From: Octopus sinensis
Lineage: Eukaryota
DNA length: 64,000 bases
Direction of reading: 5' to 3'
Assembly (NCBI RefSeq): GCF_006345805.1
Contig: NC_043015.1
Span: 28,334,001 to 28,398,000 of the forward strand
Shown here: positions 24,508 to 37,870 of the stretch, in pieces
Numbering within the stretch: the stretch's first letter is position 1
Layout: each line of letters begins with the position of its first letter
The notes under the pieces: model-generated
What the model was told of the DNA's origin: nothing
Database searches by the model: none
Seen by the model: the letters and a program-made list of their open reading frames with translations, nothing else
Translations under genes and position numbers: made by a program

Positions 24508-24729
24508 CCCTTTCGTTACCCGTGTTCATTTTGAGATGCTCTGTGTTTCTTTCAATTAATTGTAAATATAACAAAGAATTTAGTAAAATAACTTGGTTAT
24601 CATTAAGCTAGTGTTAGGAACATAAATTGTGACTGAAGTTTGGTGGAAGATTTTAATTCAACACTTATGAAAACAAGACATTTGTACTCAGAACCAGGGC
24701 TAGTTTCAGCCAGGTTGGTAACGAAAGGG
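24508..24729. mobile_element. piggyBac-type MITE, family 1
   Basis: TTAA|ccctttcgttacc ... ggtaacgaaaggg|TTAA. Confidence 0.85.
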
Positions 24730-24760
24730 TTAAGAATTGTTTCTCTATTATATATTTTAA

Positions 24761-24982
24761 CCCTTTCATTACTGTATTTATTTTGAGATGCTCTGAGTTT
24801 CTTTCAATTAATTGTAAATATAACAAAGAATTTAGTAAAATAACTTAGTTATCATTAAGCTACTGTTAGGACCATAAATTGTGACTAAGGTTTGGTGTAA
24901 TATTTTAATGAAAAACTTATGAAAACAAGACATTTATACTACAGAGCCAGAGCCGGTTTTTGCCGGGTTAGTATCAAAAGGG
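24761..24982. mobile_element. piggyBac-type MITE, family 1, second adjacent copy
   Basis: TTAA|ccctttc ... aaaaggg; colinear with 24508-24729. Confidence 0.8.
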
Positions 24983-25071
24983 TTTATGGTTGGACAGACA
25001 AGGAAATAATAATAATCCTAGTTTTAATCAATGAATAAATGAATAATATTTTAGTTCTCTTTCTTGTAAGA

Positions 25072-25184
25072 TCATAGAACTGTTATGCCACTACGTGGCT
25101 CTTTAATATAAAATGCCATCTGATGTTGATAATTTATGCCTAACACTTCCGGCACATATATAACTAAAGCGGCAGATATTATTC
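25072..25184 (-). CDS. Candidate terminal coding exon of a membrane protein
   Basis: Acceptor ttcatctttaatttcag; reads (G)IISAALVIYVPEVLGINYQHQMAFYIKEPRSGITVL*; ATTAAA about 45 nt downstream; not in a recognised repeat. Confidence 0.4.
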
Positions 25185-26405
25185 CTGAAATTAAAGATGA
25201 ATAATTCTGTGTGGAATGTGTAAGGTGGAGTTAATTTGTTAAGTGGGAGGCGTGGGGGGTAATACCAATTCAAGGATAACAAGAACAAGCTGACATTAGT
25301 GCAGGCATGGCAGTGCGGTTAAAAAGCTCACTTTGCAGCCACGTGGGTTTGAGTTCAACCCCACCGCACAGTTCCTTGGGCAAGTCTTTTTCAAGTACAG
25401 ACCCAAGCTAACCGATGCCTTGAAATTGTGCCAAAATCTGAAACCCATTATGGATAGTAATACAGTTGGGCAATGCTATGAGTGATTGATGTCATTAATG
25501 AGTGGCCTGAGGTGAGTGATGATTGGCAGTACAGAAAGGCAGGGATAGTAGAGTGTACAGGGTACAAACAGATCCAATGCATTTCCTTTTTCTTGTGGTG
25601 ACATAAATCCTGACCTTGTTATATTAAGACATGGACTGATTTTCTGAGACATTTTTCTGTGTTTGGGAGAAAATGTACTTTATTAGCTGTCAAAACTGAT
25701 GCGTATCCGTCTTTTTTTTCCTTTTCAAATTTTAGTTTGTATCAGTGATATAAAACAAAAAAAACGAAAACTCATTTTTAGTTTTTTTTAGCAAATTTTC
25801 TGTTAAAACCATGACATTATGGTGTTTTTGAGCATATGATTACCGTATAATTAACTTATGACATGACTTATCTTATTTGGCGACTTATAAGGAACACAAG
25901 CTTAAAAGACACTCTTCAATTTTGACACATCCTTTCTTCACCTCACCCCCTTTGTCAGTAACCTAAATGCTGACCTTGTGATTAAAAGAAAGTCTAATTT
26001 TTTCTAGGACATTTTTAAGCAGAGAGCTAAGAAACGCACTCTATTTATTGGCTGTCAAATGTGTCCTCTTAAAACTGATGTTTACCATCTTTTTCAACTT
26101 GTATTTGTACAAACAACTGTTTGGTTTAACTTATAGGAGTGAAAAACATGTCCTACATGCTTGTTTGTTATTAGATGACATTATTAAACTTTGTTTATAC
26201 AGTGTTCGTGAAGGGCCTTTACTAGTGATTCATCCGGTTATATAGTTATTTGTGCTCAATTCCGTTGCTGTTATGCAATCGGCTTCATAAATGAGGCCAA
26301 CCTTCATCCAGAACTGGGGTTTTTCGACCAATTTTCATCTGCGGACCCCTTTGATTACCGTTTTATTCTGATCGACCCCTATAGCCATTCAATGTTTAAC
26401 CCTTT

Positions 26406-26691
26406 AGTAGCACAGCTCCCATGACTTCAGGAAACATTTTTTCATGCTGAGAGTTGCTGAAGCGTGGAACAAACTGCCGGCATCGGTTGTTAGTTGTCGG
26501 AGCACTGCATCCTTCAAAACTTCCATGCTTCCTGAGATTTTCCAACACTACACTTGATTTTCTCCCCTCCATACACATACAAGCATGTTCACTTTCCAGA
26601 CATTTCTACATTACTGCATGTACTTTATATGCACTTTCTGACAAGTTGTGGTGCACTTGAGCACTGTATACAATAATTTCATTATATTATA
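26406..26691 (+). mobile_element. CR1-type LINE 3' end
   Basis: Same family as 30897-31861 (HDFRKHFF..RVAEAWNKLPASVV plus 3' UTR and ATT-rich tail). Confidence 0.85.
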
Positions 26692-26693
26692 TA

Positions 26694-26901
26694 TTAAACC
26701 GGCCATATCCGGCCAAAATAGTTAATCTGTTTTATGTTCAAACTGACCAGATCCAGGCCCTCACTCCTACCCTACAATGTTATTCTACATTAAGTAATTA
26801 CACCATCAAGATCTTGAAGATATGAGATAATGCATGATTAATTCAAATCAATGTGAATCAATAAGCATTATGTTTGATAGAATAATCTGAACACTAAAGG
26901 G
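26694..26901. mobile_element. piggyBac-type MITE, family 2
   Basis: Ends ctaaaggg|TTAA; reverse complement of the 27067 copy. Confidence 0.7.
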
Positions 26902-27024
26902 TTAAAAACTAGTTTTACAGATATTTCTTTCAAAATTCATATTTTGTTTTTCAAACATTAACTTGTGTAGTTTGAATTATGTAAAATGTAAGAAGGAAAC
27001 CCAGCCCTTTCTTGCTATACATAC

Positions 27025-27036
27025 CGAAACATACAT
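27025..27036 (-). CDS. Candidate 12-nt microexon
   Basis: attttgttttag|atgtatgtttcg|gtatgt; symmetric phase 1, joins 25184 in frame to give xVCFGIISAALVIY. Confidence 0.3.
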
Positions 27037-27066
27037 CTAAAACAAAATAGTTTTAGGGGCCCTTAA

Positions 27067-27687
27067 CCCTTTAGTGTTCGCATTATTCTGCCAAAATTAA
27101 TGCTTTTTCATCCACATTGTTTCGAACTAATCATGCATTATCTTGTAGCTGTGAGATTTTGATGAGGTAGCTCTCTTTACTCTTTTCTCTTTTACTTGTT
27201 TCAGTCATTTGACTGCGGCCATGCTGGAGCATCGCCTTTAATCGAGCAACTCGACCCTGGGACTTATTCTTTTGTAAGCCCAGTACTTATTCTATCGGTC
27301 TCTTTTGCCGAACTGCTAAGTAACGGGGACATAAACACACCAGCATCGGTTGTCAAGCAATGCTAGGGGGACAGGGACAGACACACAAACACACACACAT
27401 ACATATATATATATATATGCATATATACGACGGGCTTCTTTCAGTTTCCCTCTCCCAAATCCACTCACAAGGCTTTGGTCGGCCCGAGGCTATAGTAGAA
27501 GACACTTGCTCAAGGTGCCCCGCAGTGGGACTGAACCCGGAACCATGTAGCTGGTAAACAAGCTACTTACCACACAGCCACTCCTGCTGTTAATTTTTAA
27601 AATGATATTGTAGGGTTGGTGTGAGAGACCAGATCTGGCCAGTTTGAACATAAAACAAGCAGAATAGTTTTGGCCGGATATGGAGGG
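27067..27687. mobile_element. piggyBac-type MITE family 2 with SINE-B insertion (27173-27586, minus)
   Basis: TTAA|ccc ... ggg|TTAA; the two halves are colinear with uninterrupted copies. Confidence 0.8.
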
Positions 27688-27905
27688 TTAAAATACTCTC
27701 TTTTTACTCCTTTACTTGTTTCAGTCATTTGCTCAAATACACAACAGTCAGCCCAGATCAGGAATCGAACTCAAAGCTTCATAACTGTAAGCACAATGTT
27801 CTAACCACTGAACCATGCACCTTCACTAATCACAACTACAACTACTTTATGTAATTACCCATTCTAAAAAAAAAAAAAAACACCATTTGAGTTCTGGTAC
27901 TGGAA

Positions 27906-28289
27906 TGGAAGCACTCCGTTGGTTACGACGACGAGGGTTCCCGTTGATCCGATCAACGGAACAGCCTGCTCATGAAATTAACGTGTAAGTGGCTGAACAC
28001 TCCACAGACACGTGTACCCTTAACGTAGTTCTCGGGGATATTCAGCATGACACAGAGAGTGACAAGGCCGGCCCTTTGAAATACAGGTACAACAGAAACA
28101 GGAAGTAAGAGTGAGAGAAAGTTGTGGTGAAAGAGTACAGCAGGGATCACCACCATCCCCTGCCGGAGCCTCGTGGAGCTTTTTAGGTGTTTTCGCTCAA
28201 TAAACACTCACAACACCCGGTCTGGGAATCGAAACCGCGATCCTACAACCGCGAGTCCGCTGCCCTAACCACTGGGCCATTGCGCCTCC
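27906..28289 (-). mobile_element. SINE-D, full length
   Basis: Head ggaggcgcaatggcccagtggttagggcag..ggtttcgattccc. Confidence 0.85.
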
Positions 28290-28635
28290 ACTGGTACTAT
28301 AGAGTCCAGAGTAAAGAAATTGAATTTCTGATCTTGTTATTCTAACACAGTGCATGGTTAGTCTGTTGCCCGATAAAATGGCTCCATTAAGTCTATTGTT
28401 AGGTTTTTGTGGAATTTATCAAATCCTATTTTGATGTGAGCATTATAACCAATTATTGCTATTAATAAGTATGTTTTTATTAGACTGTTGGGTATGAATA
28501 GCTCTGGCGCTGTTACATAGAAAGGGGAAATACGATGAGTGCATGCAATTTTGAAAAATATCTTGCTATACATAGCACAGGATGGGTGCATATAAGAAAT
28601 ATTAGTTGATATAGTTATGTGGGAGCACTTACTAA

Positions 28636-29031
28636 TACTCTTTACTTGTTTCAGTCATTTGACTGCGGCCATGCTGGAGCACCGCCTTTAATCGAGCAAC
28701 TCGACCCCGGGACTTATTCTTTTGTAAGCCCAGTACTTATTCTATCGGTCTCTTTTGCCGGACTGCTAAGTAACGGGGACATAAACACACCAGCATTGGT
28801 TGTCAAGCAATGCTAGGGAGACAAACACAGACACACAAACACACACATGCATATATAAATATATATATACATATATACGACAGGCTTCTTCCAGTTTCTG
28901 CCTACCAAATCCATTCAAAAGGTTTTGGTCGACCCAAGGCTATAGTAGAAGACACTTGCCCAAGGTGCCATGCAGTGGGACTGAACCCAGAACCATGTGG
29001 TTGGTAAACAAGCTACTTACCACACAGCCAA
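28636..29031 (-). mobile_element. SINE-B
   Basis: Matches B consensus. Confidence 0.85.
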
Positions 29032-29340
29032 CCGTTGAAATCTGGTGTGAAATAAAAAGGAAAGAAAACAATAGGTACAATAATAATTTGGTGAGTTTAG
29101 CTTGGGTAGCATGTTTCATGCTTTTTCGAAAATTTCACCAATCTCCCTCTCTGTTTCATTAATCACTTGCTTTTGCTGTTTGTTAATTAGTAGCCAGCTT
29201 TGTCTGTGGCTTTGCCACATCAGCTCCTGCAAAGGAACAGGGCTGCCACGGTGCTTGCCCCCGTTCGCAGTTCTTTGGCTCCCCACCCCTTCCCCACCTT
29301 ATATAAATTTGCTCCCTTCAGATTCTCTACCCCATATTTA

Positions 29341-29758
29341 GGTGGCGAGCTGGCAGACACGTTTGCGCGCCGGGGAGAAATGCTTAGCGGTATTTCGTCT
29401 GTCGTTACGTTCTGAGTTCAAATTCCGCCGAGGTCGACTTTGCCTTTCATCCTTTCGGGGTCGATTGAATAAAATACCAGTTTCGCACTGGGGTCGATAT
29501 AATCGACTCAATCCCTTCATCTGTCCTTGTTTGTCCCCTCTGTGTTTAGCCCCTTGTAGGTAGTAAAGAAATAGGTATTTCGTCTGCTGTTATGTTCTGA
29601 GTTCAAATTCCGCCGAGGTCAACTTTGCCTTTCATCCTTTCGGGGGTCGATAAATAAAATACCAGTTTCGCACTGGGGGCGATATAATCGACTCAATCCC
29701 TTCGTCTGTCCTTGTTTGTCCCCTCTATGTTTAGCCCCTTCTGGGTAGTAAAGAAATA
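29341..29758 (+). mobile_element. SINE-A dimer
   Basis: Head ggtggcgagctggcag plus two bodies. Confidence 0.9.
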
Positions 29759-30023
29759 CATATTTACAACTTTGCCTCACAAAAGTGGGAGTCAAAAAAA
29801 GAGAAAATGTTCAGATAAGCAACTCTTGTTTCCAACCTAACACCCACCTAAACCTCATTTTACAGCGCAAATTATAATTACTATTATTATTCATTAATTA
29901 ATCATTGTACCCACACAGTATCGTTTATTCCGTGCCGTATGTCATGGTAACCTTAAGAAACCCTAAGTTCAATTCAGTTCCTATGTTTAGTTCAATTAAT
30001 TTCTCTCTCACCTTAATGCTCAT

Positions 30024-30059
<36 letters not shown>

Positions 30060-30102
30060 TATTATTATTATTGTTATTCATTCATTTACTTATTCTTTAC
30101 CC

Positions 30103-30480
30103 TTTTACTTGTTTCAGTCATTTGATTGTGGCCATGCTGGAGCACCGCCTTTTAGTCGAGCAAATCGACCCCAGGACTTATTCTTTGTAAGCCTATTACT
30201 TATTCTATCGGTCTATTTTGCTGAACCTCTAAGTTACGGTGACGTAAACACACCAGCATCAGTTGACAGACACAGACACATAAACATATATGCACATATA
30301 TATATACATGTATACGATGGGCTTCTTTAAGTTTCTGTCTACCAAATCCACTCACAAGGCTTTGGTCGGCCCGAGGCTATAGTAGAAGACACTTGCCCAA
30401 GGTGCCACGCAGTGTGACTGAACCCCGGAACCATGTGGTTGGTAACCAAGCTACTTACCACACAGCCACTCCTACGCCTA
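30103..30480 (-). mobile_element. SINE-B
   Basis: Matches B consensus. Confidence 0.85.
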
Positions 30481-30896
30481 TATCTATTTTTGTCACAAAG
30501 TCTGGCTTACTCCATACTGTAGGTTATAGTTATAGCTGTAGTTAATGTTAAGAATGCAAAGGTTCATTTCTCTTTCCAATTGTTCAATTCTGTTTACTTT
30601 TGCTCTATATCATGAAAATTCCATCTCATCATGTTTTGTTTTCAACCAGCCCTAATTCTGGAAAATTTCACCGGTTGCCCTCTCTGTTTTGTTAACCACT
30701 TGCTTTTCCCATGTTGTTTGTTAATTAGCAGCTAGCTTTGTCTGTGGCTATGCCACATCGGCTTCCGCTAAGGAATAGGGCTTCCGCAGTGGTTTGCCAT
30801 TCGCGGTGCTCCCGCCCATTCCAGCCTCTATACCGGTAGTCTTTGTCCTCTGACCTCTACCGGATATCTTTCTCCTGGGCACCTCTAATGGCTTAC

Positions 30897-31861
30897 TATA
30901 TAATAATATAATAATAATGAAATTATTGTATACAGTGCTCAGGTGCACCACAACTTGTCAGAAAGTGCATATAAAGTACATGCAGTAGTGTAGAAATGTC
31001 TGGAAAGTGAACATGCTTGTGTGTGTATCAAGTGTAGTGTTGGCGAATCTCAGGAAGCATGGAAGTTTTGAAGGATGCAGTGCTCCGACAACTAACAACC
31101 GATGCCGGCAGTTTGTTCCACGCTTCAGCAACTCTCAGCGTGAAAAAATGTTTCCTGAAGTCATGGGAGCTGTGCTGTTTTCTTACTTTGTAAATATGTC
31201 CACGGGTGTTAGATGGGTGGAGTTTGAAGAGGTGCTCAGAGTTATTGTTTGTAAGATGGTTGATAATTTTATGGGTGTCTGCCAAGTCAGCTACCAGACG
31301 TCGGAGTTTCAATGTGTCCATGCCCAGGGAAGTAAGGCGTTCAGGATATGGCAAATGCCTGATGGAGGGTATTCTTTTGGTTGCACGTCGCTGAACAGCT
31401 TCCAGATGATTGATATCCTGGGCAAGATAGGGGTTCCAGACCGGTGATGCAAATTCCAGGTGAGGTCTTACCATAGCTATATAAAGCCGCAGATAGATAG
31501 CCGGAGAGCGGCTCACAAAGGATTTGGTGAGTGATGCCAAGGCACCCTCAGCCTTCTTGACAATTTTAGCGATGTGTTTTGTCCAACGCAAATCACTGTC
31601 GACAATAACACCCAGGTCACGTTCACTTGAAGACTTTTTGAGACTAGTGTTGTGGAGGGAGTAGGTGGACGCTGGGTTTCTCCTCCCAAAATGCATGGTG
31701 GTACATTTGTCCACAGCCAGCTTGAGTTGCCAGTCCATGATCCACTGCTGCATTGTGTCCAGGTCTGCTTGCAATAGAGATCCATAGTGTACAGGATTTG
31801 ACCTCTTTATTTCGAGGTACAGCTTGATGTCATCTGCATATTTCAGCACTGTGGCATTCAA
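30897..31861 (-). mobile_element. CR1-type LINE, 5'-truncated; RT C-terminal half still open (31861-31028)
   Basis: LKYADDIKLY, ERDLGVIVDSDL, VRPHLEFASPVWNPY, LEAVQRRATK, RVAEAWNKLP; 3' UTR and ATT-rich tail. Confidence 0.92.
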
Positions 31862-32084
31862 AGGTGGCGAGCTGGCAGAGTTGTCAGCACGCTGGGCGAA
31901 ATGCTTAGCGGTATTTCGTTCTGAGTTCAAATTCTGCTGAGGTTGACTTTGCCTTTCATCCTTTCGGGGTCGATAAATTGAGTACCAGTTACTCACTGGG
32001 ATCGATATAATTGACTTAATTCGTTTGTCTGTCCTTGTTTGTCCTCTGTGTTTAGCCCCTTGTGGGTAGTAAAGAAATAGGTAT
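31862..32084 (+). mobile_element. SINE-A
   Basis: Head plus one body, directly abutting the 5' end of the CR1 fragment. Confidence 0.9.
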
Positions 32085-32261
32085 GAAGACAGGGAAAGCC
32101 CCCAACCTAACTTCTTGCCCATCTCTGGCCACTCTTTGATTGTCTTACAGTTACTATAAGTCTTGTGATTTGTGGAATGGCTGCTACTATCGCCCAGAAA
32201 TTATCTGATTTGCTTTGGAGACTACACAGAGTATTTCATTCAACAAATGATAAATGAAAGC

Positions 32262-32670
32262 AACAGGAGTGGCTGTGTGGTAAGTAGCTTGTTTACCAAC
32301 CACATGGTTCCGGGTTCAGTCCCACTGCGTGGCACCTTGGGCAAGTGTCTTCTACTATAGCCTCGGGTCGACCAAAGCCTTGTGAGTGGATTTGGTAGAC
32401 GGAAACTGAAGGAAGCCCGTCGTATATATGTATATATATATATATATGCATGTGTGTGTTTGTGTGTCTGTGTTTGTCCCCCTAGCATTGCTTGACAACC
32501 GATGCGTGTGTGTATACGTCCCCGTTACTTAGCGGTTCGGCAAAAGAGACCGATAGAATAAGTACTGGCCTTACAAAAAAAGAATAAGTCCCGAGGTCGA
32601 GTTGCTCGATTAAAGGCGGTGCTCCAGCATGGCCGCAGCAGTCAAATGACCGAAACAATTAAAAGGGTAA
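32262..32670 (+). mobile_element. SINE-B
   Basis: Matches B consensus. Confidence 0.85.
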
Positions 32671-33214
32671 AGGATAATTAAGGACTGTAGTTTTTTTTAT
32701 TGTTTTACCTCTCTCTTTTTAAATTTCCTGTTGTTTACCTCACATAGTTTTTGCCTGGCTAACGAGCACTGAAGTCATCAGGGTAGTGGGTCAAAACTAC
32801 TAATTTACTCTTCTGCCAGTTGAACGAGCGTGCAGAATGGCAATTAAAACTGGGATGATTACGACGACAGAAGTCGAGCAGTCATGAATTAAATGAATAT
32901 GTTCGTTAAATGGCTAATATTAAATATCCACTTCTCAAAGCATTTGTAAACTTTGGGTTTTTGATAAAATATCTGTGCGGTTTGCATTTCGGGTTCAATT
33001 ACTAGTAAAGTATAATTTATGACCTTGTTTTTCCTATGTAGGGTTATTGCTATACGAGGTTTATTTACTTCCAGTTTCATCTCACCGCTTTAGAATTGTG
33101 TAATAGAATGCAATTTGATACTCAGATTTTTAATGTACACCAGTGACTTAAACCTCCATCACATGAGGATTAACTAGGTTAACAACCTATACTGCACTCA
33201 AAGAAAAATGAAAT

Positions 33215-33239
33215 ATATACATATATATGAGTATGTGTG

Positions 33240-33299
<60 letters not shown>

Positions 33300-33395
33300 A
33301 CATATATAATATATATATATAATATATACATATATATTATATATACACATATATATAATATATATATTATATATATATATATATATATATCACAT

Positions 33396-33433
<38 letters not shown>

Positions 33434-33484
33434 CAACATATATTATATATATATATATATAATATACATATTATATATATATAT

Positions 33485-33523
<39 letters not shown>

Positions 33524-33658
33524 TACACATATATATATATATATTATATACATATATATATATATATTATATATATATTATATATATTAACACAATATAT
33601 ATATATATATATATAATATATATATACACATATATATATAATATATATATATACACAC

Positions 33659-33689
<31 letters not shown>

Positions 33690-33760
33690 TATATATATAT
33701 ATATACACATATAATTATATATCACATATATATATATATATATATACTAATATAATACAC

Positions 33761-33804
<44 letters not shown>

Positions 33805-33808
33805 TATA

Positions 33809-33839
<31 letters not shown>

Positions 33840-33978
33840 CATAATAACATATATATACATATATATATATATACAATATATACATATTATATATATACAT
33901 ATATACATATATATATATATACATATATACATATATATTATATATACATATATTATACACATATATATATTATAATAT

Positions 33979-34017
<39 letters not shown>

Positions 34018-34339
34018 ACATATATATATATACACATATATATATATATATATATATATCCATATATAGATATATATATATATATATATATAATCACATA
34101 TATAATATATATATATATATTATATTTATAATATATACTATATACACATATTATATATATATATATATTATTAACACATATATATATATATATACACATA
34201 TATATATATATATATATACACATATATATATAATATATATATACCAATATTATATTATATATATACACATATATATATATATATATACACATATATACTA
34301 TATATACACACAATATATATATATATATCTATATAACAC

Positions 34340-34404
<65 letters not shown>

Positions 34405-34984
34405 TACACAATATATACATATAATATAATACATATATGACATATATATATATATCATCTATACATATATATATATATATACATATATACATATATATAT
34501 ATATATACATATATACATAATATATATATACACATATATACATATATATATATATATACACAATATACATATATTATATTATAATTATACACATTAATAT
34601 ATATATATATAATATACACATATATATACATATATCATATTATATATATATACACTATATATAACACATATATATATTATATATACACACATATATATAC
34701 TATATCACATATATATATAACACACATATATACATATATACATACATATATATATATATATATATACATATATACATACATATATATATATATACATACA
34801 TATATATATATATATATATGACATATATACATACATTATATAATATATATATATACATACATATATATATATATACTAAATACATATATAGATATCTATA
34901 TATATATACATATATACATACATATATATATATATATATATAGATAATTATATAAACATATATACACACATATAATATACATAT

Positions 34985-35021
<37 letters not shown>

Positions 35022-35170
35022 ACACACCACATATAGCATATATATATCTTATATATATATATACATACAGAATATATATATATATATATTATATATATAT
35101 ATATACACACATATATATACATTATATATATATATATATATAATATATATATATACACAACACATATATA

Positions 35171-35203
<33 letters not shown>

Positions 35204-35205
35204 CA

Positions 35206-35245
<40 letters not shown>

Positions 35246-35290
35246 TATTATATATATATATGTATATATATCAATATATATACACCCATG
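33215..35290. repeat. About 2.1-kb degenerate (TA)n/(CA)n microsatellite field
   Basis: Direct reading of the sequence. Confidence 0.97.
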
Positions 35291-35520
35291 TACATTATAT
35301 GTCTGGTTTCCATTTTCCATGCTGGCAGGGGTTTAAAGTATTATCCGATTTTGAGCCAGTTCTTATTTATGTCTTTGCAGATGGGTTACAGAACTACACA
35401 TTCTTTGCATGGTTTATTAGGGTTTGGTTTCTATGACTAGATGGCCTTCTTATCACCAACTTCTGCAATATGTTTGTGTGTATGTACAGTAACACCTCGA
35501 TAGATTAGTTAATATGTCCC

Positions 35521-35830
35521 TCATCCTCATTGTTCGACCGTGGTCGATACAATGGAATTTACCATGCTACGCCAGGCTTCACGGTCCATCATAGCATTAC
35601 GGAGGTCCTGTTGCTGGATGCCTGTATCCCTGGAGATTACGTCAGGGTAGGAGAGTGTGCGCCCTCTGGTATTGCGAGCAGATGGCTTCCAGAGGAGAAG
35701 AGTAGAAATTGTCTCATTTTCAGCTCTACAGCAATGTCCAGCAAACTGGACTCTCCTACCTTTCAGAAGTCCCCGGAGACCATATGTCCCTGGAGACCGC
35801 TCATAAAGCGAAAACTCGCAAAGCAGAGCA
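35521..35830 (-). mobile_element. RTE-clade LINE 3' fragment (second RTE family)
   Basis: LLKGRRVQFAGHCCRAENETISTLLLWKP...DREAWRSMVNSIVSTTVEQ*; same family as 1249-1490. Confidence 0.85.
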
Positions 35831-36063
35831 ATAATTTCCCATAGTTGCAATGTTGTATATTGTAATTCGTTCTCAGAAAAATATTTTACTTGTAAAATTT
35901 AAAATACTTGTAAAGAAATGGCAATAGAACAACAGTAGAATGTAAAGTAAAAAGAATGTCAAGATCAAATTTTGCTGAACCCTAATTATGATTATGCTCA
36001 TAATTATAGAATAAATATATATATATATATAATATATACATGCATACATATATGCATGCATGG

Positions 36064-36300
36064 CATTGGTACTCTTGGCAGAAATGTTAGCACGTCGGGC
36101 GAAATGCTTAGCGGTATTTTGTCTGCCGTTACGTTGCGAGTTCAAATTCCGCCGAGGTCGACTTTGCCTTTCATCCTTTCGGGGTTGATAAATTAAGTAC
36201 CAGTTACGCACTGGGGTCGATGTAATCGACTTAATACCTATGTCTGTCCTTGTTTGTCCCCTCTGTGTTTAGCCCCTTGTGGGTAGTAAAGAAATAGGTA
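36064..36300 (+). mobile_element. SINE-A, followed by an E/D-related SINE on minus (to about 36560)
   Basis: A head and body ending aaagaaataggtac. Confidence 0.8.
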
Positions 36301-36965
36301 CTTTTGGTTATGACAGCGAGGTTTCCAGTTGATTTGATTAATGGAATAGCCTGCTCATGAAATTCGTGTGCACTCCACAGACATGTGCACCCATAACACA
36401 GTTCACAGGGAGATTCAGTGTGACACAGAGTGCCACAAAGTGGCCCTTTGAATTACAGGTACTACTCATTTTTGCTGGATGAGTGGACTGGAGTAACATG
36501 AAATAAAGTGTCTTGCTCAAGGACACAGCATGTTACAGGGAATTGGACTTACGACCTTTATGTTCGTGAGCTGAATACCCTAATACACTTTCTATTACAT
36601 TTTGACAGTTAAGGAGCTCCTATCTGAAATAGCAGCTAGGGTGCCCTTAGAAAGATACTGGATAGTCTTGAAAAATAAGAGATATATTGGATCATGTTGT
36701 CTTAGATTACAGTACTTAGAATAAAGACAGGATGGCCACAGCTGAAATGCCTTCCTTTTGGTAATTGTGTATGCCTATTCAGAAACTTACCTGGGGCTAA
36801 ATAACATCATGTAAGAACCCCCAATTTCATGATATTGCCAAAATAAGCCCCTTCCTACCGACTGTTTCTGTTTTTTGTATTTTTTTTGTAGTATTTATGT
36901 ATGAAATAAGTTGACACCACCAGAACTAGTAGTGATAACTGTGTCTCATCTGTATTATTTTTACT

Positions 36966-37376
36966 CTTCCTCCCCCTCTGCCTCCTCCTCTGCCTCTCTT
37001 CCTCCTCCTCTTCCGCCTCTGCCTCCTCTTCTTCCTCCTCTTCCCCTGCCTCCTCTTCCTCCTCTTCCCCTGCCTCATCTTCCTCCTCCTCTTCCCCTGC
37101 CTCATCTTCCTCCTCCTCTTCCCCTGCCTCATCTTCCTCCTCCTCCTCCTCCTCCTCCCCCCTCTGCCTCATCTTCCTCCTCTTCCCCTGCCTCATCTTC
37201 CTCCTCCTCTTCCCCTGCCTCATCTTCCTCCTCCTCCTCCTCCTCCTCCCCCCTCTGCCTCATCTTCCTCCTCTTCCCCTGCCTCATCTTCCTCCTCTTC
37301 CTCCTCATCTGCTGCTGCTGCTGCTGCTATGGCTGCCACCACCACCACCACCACCGACATCACCATCACCATGACA
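36966..37376. repeat. Polypyrimidine (CCT)n minisatellite with 24-27-bp unit, then (CTG)n and (CAC)n
   Basis: Repeats of cctcatcttcctcctc(ctc)ttcccctg. Confidence 0.9.
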
Positions 37377-37639
37377 TCCTCTCTGCTGCTGTCCTGTTTG
37401 TTAACATGTCTTTTAATCAATAGTCAGCAACACAGCTGTTTGTATATATATACAATTATATATTTGGTAGCCTGACTGTCAGCAGTTCTTGTTTTCTCTC
37501 TTGACTACAGACACTTGGAACTGATACCTGTCTGATGTTTAATTTTAATTGTGATTCTCATCATCATCATTCATCATCATCATTTAGCACTTATGTTCCT
37601 TGCTGGCATGGGTTGGATGGTTTGGCAGGATCTGATGGT

Positions 37640-37870
37640 ATGGTGAGCTGGCAGAAACGTTAGCACGCTGGACAAAATGCTTAGTGGTATTTTGTCTGCC
37701 GTTAAGTTCTGAGTTCAAATTCCGCCGAGGTCGACTTTGCCTTTCATCCTTTCGGGGTCGATAAATTAAGCACCAGTTATGCACTGGGGTCAATGTAATC
37801 GACTTAATCCGTTTGTCTGTCCTTGTTTGTCCCCTCTATGTCTAGCCCCTTGTGGGCAATAAAGAAATAA
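37640..37870 (+). mobile_element. SINE-A inserted in an old C-like element
   Basis: 11-bp TSD gatctgatggt at 37629-37639 and 37871-37881. Confidence 0.8.

Noticed and set aside
31862-32122. N-terminal part of the 364-aa ORF 31028-32122
   Set aside because: Read-through of antisense SINE-A and flank; only 31861-31028 is RT-derived, so it is not an intact gene
33715-35158. Many ORFs of the IYIY/YIYI type here and in other (TA)n tracts
   Set aside because: Translations of microsatellite sequence
36855-37423. Poly-Glu, poly-Pro or poly-Ser protein
   Set aside because: Low-complexity tract open in several frames, with frameshifts and no convincing splice sites
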